A stretch of 64,000 bases of DNA from Schmidtea polychroa. Lineage: Eukaryota. This document shows positions 47,487 through 57,500 of the stretch, one piece after another. The number at the start of each line of letters is the position of its first letter. The stretch's first letter is position 1. Position numbers and translations under genes: made by a program. Where the stretch lies: assembly GCA_044892525.1 (NCBI GenBank), contig CM097885.1, positions 200,260,001 to 200,324,000 on the forward strand. Direction: 5' to 3'. The notes below the pieces were generated by a model. It saw only the letters and a program-made list of their open reading frames with translations, had not been told where the DNA came from and did no database searches.

Positions 47487-50400
47487 CTATATACGTGAGC
47501 TTGGAGGGCGCTGAGCATTCCAGGCCTCCACCCACTGTTCCTGCTTGATATTACTTGGTCGTTTTACACGATGTTGAAAATTTCTTATTCTGGCCATTTC
47601 TAGTTCTCCGTGATGCCGTCTATCTTTGATTATTTTTATTGTCCCCCCCGTTATGATTAAAAAGGCCCCTGTTATTATTATGCCGCTGATCCACATCATC
47701 TGTTTTATGCTTATAATTTCCGCTTTTTCCTTGCTCGTTATTGTTGATATTGCTTCTGTGCTTTTTAGATTACCGTCTTTGCCATTTCCTTTCATCATTC
47801 CTCGTATTCTTGCTATTTCCTCGTTCATACCTTCCTTTGCCATTTTTTGTATTTTCTCCATCTCCTCCTCGGATACATAATTGTCTTGATGTTTCTCACT
47901 GTTTTTCTTGCGTTTTCCTTGCTCATCTTTTTCATCATCGATTTTTCTTTTCTTCCCTCTTTTCCCAGGGTATCGTCGACATTCTCTCGCTGTATCTTTT
48001 CTCCAGATGCATATTGTGTATTCTTTTGGAGGTTGTTGCTGTATTACATATTGTAGACAGTCTTCACCCGGTCTTAATCTTGCGATGCAGACTTTGTGTT
48101 CTTTTCTTGGCTGGAGTTGCGTTATCACTACCTCACCTCCTTTTCCCAGGTGTACCTCCTTCCCTTTGACTTTCGTTATTCTCTTTCCTTCTCGATTTCG
48201 GTATGCTTCTTGTATTCTTACTTCCGTTATTGGTTCTGCATCTTCATTTTTTAACACTAGTCTCTGATAAGCTCTAGACATACATCTTCCTAATATACAC
48301 CTTTCTTTTAAATCCCATTCTTCTTTTAGATCCCATTGCTGCTCTTGTACTTGTTTTTTCTTTTCTTGTTTTAGTTCTTCCTCTTTGTTGTCCTTATTTT
48401 CCGTTTCTTTGGCTTCTTTTATCGTTCTCATTCCTCCCTGGGCTGTTATCATTTCCACCATTGTTAGTACGAGTATCATTATCATCATATTTGTCTCCAT
48501 TTCTTTGTTGGTAAAAAGTAGGCATACCCTCTGTTTTCCACTATTCGTCTTTTCTTCTTGCTTCATTCGGTTTCTCGGGTTATTTTCCTCTTTTTTCCTA
48601 CTCGCGTCGTTATTTTCTTGATTATTCTCCTCTGATTTCTCTTTCTCTTTATTCCCGTTTCGACCTTTTTCATTATTATCGTCGTCTTTATCGTCTTTAT
48701 CGTCTTTATCTCCCCCGCTATCGTTTAAAATGTCGTCCTCGACATTTATATCATTCAACAATCTGCGGTATGCCGTTAGCACTCTGTTTCTTGCTAATTT
48801 TGCTTCGAGTTCGAACTCCTTTCTGCCTGTTGCTACATGTCTCTTTCTATTCCATTCTTTCACTAATTCTCTTAATTGTATCCGACGATGTTTCCCGATT
48901 CGCTTTTGTTCGTTTAGATTCTGCGTGAATTTGAGATCTTCCCTGTTTAATACGATCATTATGATTTTCGGAGTTCCTCCTTTTGTTAGTGTATTTTTAA
49001 CCATAGCATTTTCTCCGTTTTCGTAGAACTCATTTATATTTATTGCATATTTATTGCTTTGTGGTATTCTCCATGTTAGCAGCAACTTCATGGCTTCTAA
49101 GTTCATCCGTATCGTGTTCCATTGGAACTGTGACGTGTTTTTACAGATATTTTCTACCTCAGTTCTTGTAGCATTTTTACAAATGAATCTAATCATTTCC
49201 AAGTTTGGTTGTATTGTTGCCCAATCCATGGCAGAATTTCCTTCGTTTGATATTTCGTCAAGTCTTGATCCCGATCGATGTAGTATATGTAATGTTTTCG
49301 GGTGTATATTTGTTATGGCTGCATACATCATTGCTGTTTCTCCTTGTTCATTTTTTGCATTAGATTCTTCTCCGAAGTCTCTAAGGATTCTTATGATGGT
49401 TATTGCTCTGTTTTCTTTTGCTGCTAAAATGGCTTGTTGTAATGGTGTTCTTGAGTCTTTTGTTGGTAAGGTGAATGCTAGTGGTATAAATGTTTTTATT
49501 TTTCCTATGTCTAGATTTGTGGTCTGATCTCTTGCGTAGGTGTGTACTGTTTTGGTTATTTTTGCTAGTATCGCTTCATCGGATAGATCTTGCATTTCTT
49601 CAAAGAATACTTCTTTAGCCTTACGTACTACTATCTCTTGGTCGGAGTTTATTGTCTTTGGTTTACTTGTTGTTGCTATATCGGTTATTGGTTGATCGAC
49701 TTGTTCCTCAGACTCTCTTGCTTTTACTTTCTTCCTTTTTATCTTTTTCTTGTTCGAATTGTTAATGCGTTCCTCTGCCGTTAGAACTTGAATAATGCTT
49801 AGGTAAGTTTCTCGAATGTTGTTCATATTTTCCATCATATATAATACACTCACGGTTTCCCAAAATTTTACTTGTACTTTATCGGTAAATTGAGATATAG
49901 CTTTTTCGAAGTTGATAATTCGTTTTCTGATTAGTTGTTCGTCTTTGTGATTTGAGAACTTTATGCCACGTTGTAGTAGTTGATTTGGAATTTCGAATAG
50001 GTGATGTCCTCTCATCGCTTCTCTCATCAAGGTATTTTCTCCTTTGGTAAATGTTTCGTTTATATCTACCATATAATCGTTTTTGATCGGGTTCCTCCAT
50101 GCAATTAGTATTCCAGTAATTGTTATTAATTTCTCTTTGATTGCAGTTAATAGCCCGTCATACATGTTTCCTATCTCTCTATTATCCTCATATGATAATA
50201 GATCTACTAAGATTATGAAGGCTTCCGTACTTTTCCCTTCGATTGCATGATGTAGTGCATTTTTCTGGTTGTGGTCTTGTGTGGTTATCTTTGACCCAGT
50301 TTCAAGTAATGCGATGATAATATCTTTAGCTTTATCCCGATTGGCTGCTATCATTAGTGGAGTGTAACCTTGGTTGTTTTCTTGATCTGTCGAAATGTTA

Positions 50401-51566
50401 CAATCGCGAAATGCTTCAATTGTTTCTAATATCTGTTCGTTACTACCCACCTTTAAAAGCTTGTGCAGGGGTGTGTCTCCGTAATGGTCTGTGATCGTGA
50501 ATAATATAGGCCATTGACTTTTAACTACCCTGAGCAATGGGTGTGTTCTTTCTCGGTTTGCATAATTTTCGATCATTGTTAGCAGACCTCCCAATATCTC
50601 AAAATCTAATCTGTCTTCTGCCCATCCGGGCATTTTAACTTTTACTTCCTTTATGATTTTCTCGGCTTCTGATGGTTGTAACCCTAATCGATTACCTGTT
50701 GGTTCGTTTATTTGCTGTAACATGTTTATTCTATACGTTTGTGATCTTGTCGTTAGTGTACGTCCTTCTGGCTGACTGGTGGCGGTTTTCGGAATTGGCT
50801 TACATCGTGCAACATTTACGTATATTGGTCTTGTAAAAGGGTTGTTCACTAATCGTACTCTTACATTAGTTTCTCCGACGAATAGAATCTCATACGGCCC
50901 TTTACCGTTTCGTTGTAATTTTTTGGTGGTTCCTGGAATTAATTCTGGTGTTTCAATCATCACCCAATCGCCTGTTTGAAACGTATGCTGTTTGACGTTT
51001 TTCTTTCTATCATGTAACTCTTTGTAACTTTCTTGATAAAATTTTATATTCAATCCTGCGGTTTCCCAGATTTCCTGCATTCTTTCCTTGAACTTGGTTA
51101 CATAATCGTCTATTTCCATGTATTGTGATATCGGTGGCTGATATTCTAAATCCATTGGCATATTGCATTCTCTGCCGTACATCAACTTGAACGGACTCAT
51201 CTTTGTGGACGCGTGAATCGACATTCTGTAAGCCATTAGACATAATTTTATATATTCATCCCAGTCTCGTTGATGACGATCGACATAATTTGATAACATT
51301 TGAATCAGTGTTCCATTGAATCTTTCTGTCATACCATTAGTTTGTGGATGGTACGGTGATGTTCTTAATTTTGCGATCTTGAAGTAGTTGGTGACTTCGC
51401 TCATTATTTCGCTCATGAAATTCGTTCCTTGATCCGTCAGTATTTGTTTCGGCGTTCCATATCGACAACATATTTCCTCTACTAATATTTTTGCGATTGT
51501 TCTTGCTTTCTGATCTGCCATTGCGAATGCTTCGGGGAATTTTGTCAAATAATCTGTGATTACCAA
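47487..51566 (-). CDS. Polyprotein C-terminal part: integrase core, two ankyrin-repeat modules, signal/TM-anchored protein
   Basis: ITDYLTKF, LTDQGTNF, TERFNGTL (DDE); KGPYEI; GDTPLH, GYTPLMIAA, GETAMMYAA ankyrins; MMIMILVLTMV and WISGIIITGAFLIITGG hydrophobic segments. Confidence 0.93.
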   Translation of the reverse strand: MVITDYLTKFPEAFAMADQKARTIAKILVEEICCRYGTPKQILTDQGTNFMSEIMSEVTNYFKIAKLRTSPYHPQTNGMTERFNGTLIQMLSNYVDRHQRDWDEYIKLCLMAYRMSIHASTKMSPFKLMYGRECNMPMDLEYQPPISQYMEIDDYVTKFKERMQEIWETAGLNIKFYQESYKELHDRKKNVKQHTFQTGDWVMIETPELIPGTTKKLQRNGKGPYEILFVGETNVRVRLVNNPFTRPIYVNVARCKPIPKTATSQPEGRTLTTRSQTYRINMLQQINEPTGNRLGLQPSEAEKIIKEVKVKMPGWAEDRLDFEILGGLLTMIENYANRERTHPLLRVVKSQWPILFTITDHYGDTPLHKLLKVGSNEQILETIEAFRDCNISTDQENNQGYTPLMIAANRDKAKDIIIALLETGSKITTQDHNQKNALHHAIEGKSTEAFIILVDLLSYEDNREIGNMYDGLLTAIKEKLITITGILIAWRNPIKNDYMVDINETFTKGENTLMREAMRGHHLFEIPNQLLQRGIKFSNHKDEQLIRKRIINFEKAISQFTDKVQVKFWETVSVLYMMENMNNIRETYLSIIQVLTAEERINNSNKKKIKRKKVKARESEEQVDQPITDIATTSKPKTINSDQEIVVRKAKEVFFEEMQDLSDEAILAKITKTVHTYARDQTTNLDIGKIKTFIPLAFTLPTKDSRTPLQQAILAAKENRAITIIRILRDFGEESNAKNEQGETAMMYAAITNIHPKTLHILHRSGSRLDEISNEGNSAMDWATIQPNLEMIRFICKNATRTEVENICKNTSQFQWNTIRMNLEAMKLLLTWRIPQSNKYAININEFYENGENAMVKNTLTKGGTPKIIMIVLNREDLKFTQNLNEQKRIGKHRRIQLRELVKEWNRKRHVATGRKEFELEAKLARNRVLTAYRRLLNDINVEDDILNDSGGDKDDKDDKDDDNNEKGRNGNKEKEKSEENNQENNDASRKKEENNPRNRMKQEEKTNSGKQRVCLLFTNKEMETNMMIMILVLTMVEMITAQGGMRTIKEAKETENKDNKEEELKQEKKKQVQEQQWDLKEEWDLKERCILGRCMSRAYQRLVLKNEDAEPITEVRIQEAYRNREGKRITKVKGKEVHLGKGGEVVITQLQPRKEHKVCIARLRPGEDCLQYVIQQQPPKEYTICIWRKDTARECRRYPGKRGKKRKIDDEKDEQGKRKKNSEKHQDNYVSEEEMEKIQKMAKEGMNEEIARIRGMMKGNGKDGNLKSTEAISTITSKEKAEIISIKQMMWISGIIITGAFLIITGGTIKIIKDRRHHGELEMARIRNFQHRVKRPSNIKQEQWVEAWNAQRPPSSRI

Positions 51567-54500
51567 TATATATATATATTTCCTCTATCTGATTCTGGTA
51601 GTGGACCGACTACGTCCATTGATATCATTGTCATTGGTTCTGCTGGTACTGGCATTGGCTTTAATGGTGCCTTCCATTTTGTTCCCGTGTTTTTTCTGGT
51701 TGCGCAAGTTATGCAATTTTTCACCCATTCCGTTACATCCTCGGTCAATGTAGGCCAAAAATATTTTTGTTTCATTCGTGCCAACGTCTTTTTAGATGAC
51801 ATATGTCCTCCGAGTCTTCCGTCATGGTATTGTGTTAGTAGATCTTTACGTCTATTCTCGGGAATGCACATTAGTCTTTTCTCGCCATCCATTATCAATA
51901 ACCAATCTTTCTCGATAATATATCGATGTCGATGTTTATCCATATGCTCCTTCAATTTTTGATCTTTCTCATATACCTCTGCTTTCCCTGTTTTCACATA
52001 TTCAATGATTTGCTTCAACTCTGTATCCTCTTGTTGGTCTTTCCGTAATTGGCAAAAATCTAAATCTTCTGCTACCATCAGACATATTCGTTGCATTTCG
52101 TGATCTACTAAATCTGGAAAGATAAATCTGGACATACAATCCGCATTGGCATTCGCTCTTCCCGCTTTGAATTTTATGAACGGTGAATATTCTTGTAACT
52201 GCATTGCCCATCGCATCAATCTACTTGAAGCTTCTTTGTGTTGACCAAGCCATACTAATGGTTGATGATCCGTGGTGATACATATTTCGTGTCCCCATAA
52301 CAAATATCGAAAATGTTTAATTGCTTGTATGATTGCTAACGCTTCTCTCTCGGTTACGGAATAGTTTTTCTCGTGCTTTTTAAACGTTCTACTGTAGTAT
52401 CCAATCACTCTTTCTTTTCCTTCTTCATCCAGTTGTCCTAATATTGCTCCGGCTGCATATCCACTTGCATCTGTTGCTAATAGGAACGGTTTCTTGAAAT
52501 CAGGATGTACTAGTATTGGGGCTTCAATTAATTTATCTCGCAATGTCTCAAACGCTTTTTGTTGTTCTGCACCCCAAATAAATGAAATATCCTTTTTCAC
52601 TAATTCCTGTATTGGTTTCGCAATACCTGCATAGTTTTTGATGAATTTTCGATAATATCCGCATAATCCGAGAAATTCTTGAACTTGGGTGACAGTTTTT
52701 GGTGCTGGACATGTTTTTATTTTTTCTATGTTTCTTGGATCTGGTTCTTTGCCTTTTGCTGACACTATGTGTCCTAAGAACGTAACCTTTTCTTTTGCCC
52801 AATCACATTTGGATGGTTTAAGTTTCAGTTTCCATTGTCGTAATCGAACGAACACGTTTCTGATATCTTCCAAATGTTGTTCGAAAGTTGCTGAATATAT
52901 TAATAAATCATCAATATATACCATACACTGCTTGATCCCGTGTGTGACAAAATTCATACATCTCTGGAATGATGCTGGGGCATTGGTCAGTCCGAACGGC
53001 ATTTTCCTGAATTGGTATAGATCTCGGCCCAATGTGAATGCTGTTTTCTCTTTGTCTTCCTCCTTGACTTTGATCTGCCAATATCCACTTTTCAGATCTA
53101 AAGATGTAAAATATGCGGCCCCCTGTAACATAAGTAACATCTCATTGATGTCTGGTAAAGGGTATGTGTCTCTTTTTGTTACTGCATTTAATTTCCGATA
53201 ATCGATACAGAATCTCTGAGTACCGTCTTTTTTCTTCACCATGACTACTGGAAATTGCCATGGCGAACAACTTGGTTCGATCACTTGTGCATCTAGCATT
53301 TTTTGTACTTCTGCTTCGGCTATCTCTTTTTGCTTCTCTGCTAGTTTGTATGGACGTAGTGCGATTGGAGTTTCGTCTATTAATGGTATTGCGTGTAGTG
53401 TAACATCGCATGCTCCCAAATCTAAATCCGAAATTGCGAATATATCTTTATATTCTATCAATAATTGTTGAAGTCTCTCCTTTTCTTTTTCCGTTAGCAA
53501 GGTGCTATCAATTATCCATAATTCGTCCGCTTTCGTTGTTTCGTTGGTGATTTTTGGTAATTCGATGTCTATCATGGGTGTCAATCTACCCAATCTTTCA
53601 TTTTCATATATGATCTTGTCTTCTTCCTCGAAATTTGTGATGTTAATTGGTATTTCCCCGTCTTCATTTATTGTTATTATTTCTCTTGCTAATGGTAATT
53701 CTCGTCGTTTTTCGAATGATTTGCTTGGCTCAAAAATGACTTCTCCTTCCATTCCTGCATCCACTTTTATTTGACATATCATCTGTGATTTTGCGGGTAC
53801 AATTATTTTCTCCGGACATCTAATTATTGCGTTCATCTTGCATATTCTACCCATTTTGTCTTTTAGACACATTGTTGTTAAATCGATTACTACTTCCTTA
53901 AACAATTCCGGCATTAAATCCGTTCCGATTATACATGGTTCACTCAGTTTGGGTATCACCGCTAGATACGTTTCAATTTCGTTATCCTGATATCGTAACG
54001 TAGTCCACCATCTTCCTACTACGTCTACGGTTTCTTTACTGCATGCAATAATATGGATAGTTGTTTGTTCGATATCTTTCCAACATTTACTGGGTATTTG
54101 GTTTATTGCTATTGCTGATACGTTTGCTCCGGTATCTATCATTGCGCTTGTCTCTTTCCCGTTGATTTGGATCATGACTGTTACTGCCGCACCTCCTGGT
54201 GAACTCATCACTGCTATCGTTCTTACGTCGTCCGCTTGGTCTACACTTTTCGTTCTTCGGGTCGGCATATAGTTCATCCCTGGTTGACTTGGTAACTGTG
54301 GATACCTATTTTGTGTCATGGTCAAAGCTGTTTGTTGTCCAACGATATCTGGTGGTATATAACTTCCGTTGGCTATCCAGGTATTTGTTTTTTCTTTCTC
54401 CCAATATGGTGCTGTTTCTATTGGCTTTTCATTCGGGTTTCTACTTGGATATGGGTATTTGTCATTCCCGTTGTCGTCATCATCACTATCGCTGCTGTTT

Positions 54501-57500
54501 GATCGATTCCTAAATCTGTCTAAGAATTTTGGTTTGTTCTTTTTCAGTTGCGTCCTTGTTGCTTCATCATACATTGTTTTCCGAAATCGTCTACCGACTT
54601 CCTCGTCAGTTCCTTTTATTTTTGTCAGTATTTTGATCAATCGTTTTATTCTATGTATGTCTTTAGAATGACCGTGCAACACCATTGTTTTTGCCAAAAA
54701 TGGTAGAAAGCCTACTATCAATTTCCAATTTACCTTCTTTTCTCTCTTATAGATATCAAAACACGCTAACATTTGAGTCAATATTACTCTAACTATCTGG
54801 ATAATAAGAATGATTCCCAATATTCCTGCCATCATTTGACCGAACACTAGAAATCTTCCCCACATTGCTTTCATCATGTTTGACGTGGCTTGTTGAAAAT
54901 GATCAGGTGACAATAATAGTTCGTAATTGGGGCCTGACTGGAAATTCGTTCCCCCAGTTATGGTAACCATATTCGATAGAATGGATTCCCGTCTTGCTGG
55001 GAATAATACGTTTAATCGTGCCGTTTCTAAATCCTCTGGTGAGTACATACCTGTTTTTGACACATCAATTGGTTTGAAATCTTGTTCTGTTGCGAGTTCT
55101 ATTAGTCCAAACTTTTTAGGCTCTTGTACTTCGGTTTTTACTGGTAACATTATCCATTTCCCATCGGGTTTTTCATATAACGGTCCGTATGCATTTGAAC
55201 AGTTAAAGGTGTTCGGATAAAATCCAATTGGGTTCATGATTCGAGTGACGGGTTGAACGAATCTGTTTCGCCCTTTGTAACTAATTTCCAACTCGTTTGC
55301 GCATTTCCCTGGTGGAATTGTGGGCTTTCTTGGCAGTCGCGCAAATGTCTTGGTACATGCATATGTATACATTACCTCTCCCACCATTCTACCAAAATGT
55401 CCATCCGGTAACGGGAGTGATGGCATTGTGTTATCTGGGTGTGTTATTGCGATGGCTAATTTTGTTTTTAGTATCTCTTTATTCAATGAACAGTCATTTT
55501 GTATAAGATCGTAATACACTTTTTGCATTGTCGTTTGTCCTCGGTGGAACAAGAAGTCCATCTTATTATTGGCATACAGGTACAATTTTACGTCCTCCGT
55601 TGCTACCTTTCCCACTGCTCGGTCTATTACTTGCCTTGACATGTAGATACCTGCGTAGTTCGTCCGGTATACTATACTGTCACATTTGGTGGTCTCTTTT
55701 TCTCTAATGAATCTCATGCCGATGTCTGGATCATCGGTAATTAATGCCGTTGGTGTTTTTTGGGTTGTGAGTCTCTTTTCTTTGGGGGATGGCGGAACTG
55801 GTTTCCCATTTCGCATCCTTACGTTTCCATTCTCTTCATCGTCATCCTCGTTTTCGTAAATTTCTCCTTTTACTTCATTGAATAGAGCACTTTTTAACAA
55901 TTGGAGTCGGCATTTTTGGGTGTTAGCTTCATATATTATAGTCGAAATCCCCGTTCTACACACGTTTTCCGTAGCTCTGCATGCTGGGTTGGTTTTCATT
56001 TGATAGTTGTTTGCGTCGAATTGTGCTTCGTATTCCTTCAACTCCACTGTGTAGGACTCAATTACTACTACTCCTGATATCACCTCTCCTCTGATCGTAT
56101 ATGTGCCTCCGTTACATGATCCATCCGTTGATTTTACTCGTCCGGCTACATAGATACTTTCCGTCTTGATCATTCCGCTTTGTCCGTGTATTGTTACTCC
56201 ATCCCTGATTCTCATCGCTCCGGTTCTAAAAAGCTCTTTACAGTCTTCCCGTTGTATAGGTACTATTTCTTTATCTAATCCAGGTAATATGAGGGTTGAA
56301 TATGAGTATTGTCCACAGTAATATGCCAACACTTTCTTCGATACTACGCATTCTCTAGCTTGCGTTCTAATGAAATCTGATTCTTGGTATACGTGATAGG
56401 AGACTTTCTTTTTTACTATATCTAATTTATTCGGAGACGCCTGTCTACATTCCTCTATATCTCTCAGGGAGTATCTTTCTCCTATTATCGAATTGTCACA
56501 GTCGTAAATAGTAAATCCCGCGGCTCCACTGGTGCAGAGCATCCATATCATCATGGTCATCATTAGTGAATTAATCGACGCTTTTCTGCTGGCTGGGTCT
56601 TTCAATGGCAATTCCCATTCTAGCTTGTTTAGTAATTTCTTCAACCGAATTTGCATTGATCTCTCTTGCTCGTTTTTTCGTGGCGCTTGTATGAGTCTTT
56701 TCCACCCACCGGCGCGGATAATATGTGGTTCGATTGTATTTTCGATGATTGTAACGGTCATTTCTACATGATTTGCGAATTGTTTGTTAGGTATTTTCCT
56801 CGCTGCTAATCCCATCAAATTGTACATTAGATACGTTAATACTACTAAATGATGTTCGTCGTCGTTTGCGTTTAAAGTTAATTGTTCAATTACTCTTCTT
56901 GTCTCTTCCCAATCGGTTTTAGTGGTTTTTGTCTTCTCTTTGATTAATTTCGGAATTATTCCGGATATTGTATTCCATAGTTGTCTGGCGTCTACGCTTG
57001 CTACTTTTCGTTGCCATAACCGTCGCAATTGTGGGTTCGTTATTATTAGCATATCTTTTACTAGCTCTCGTATCCATTTTTCGCCTCTTTCGATAGTTGG
57101 CTGGGCCTCTTTTAGATCCCACACTATTTTATCCAGTTTCTCTAATCTGACTTGTCCTTGTTCTTGTTTCAGTTGTTCTCTAGTTTTAAATTCCGGTTTT
57201 TCTCCTTGCTTCTTGGGTCTCCCTTTTGCCCGTTTTTCCATCATTGTTCCGGCTTCCCTTGTATTTTCATAATTCGGGTTTCTCTCGTTATCCGTTCTTG
57301 GCAATGAGCTATCGTTGTTTCTCAGCCATTCGTTCCATTCGTCTATTATTTTGTCCGTTTGACCTTCTGGTGTTGCTTTCGTTGGTCCTTTCTGTCGTTG
57401 GAATTGTTCGTCGGTTTCGGTTTCTGTTGTATTATCGATAATCTCCTCGATACTCAGCTTATTTGGCTGCTGATAGCTAGTTGACGGTTGGCTTGTTGTC

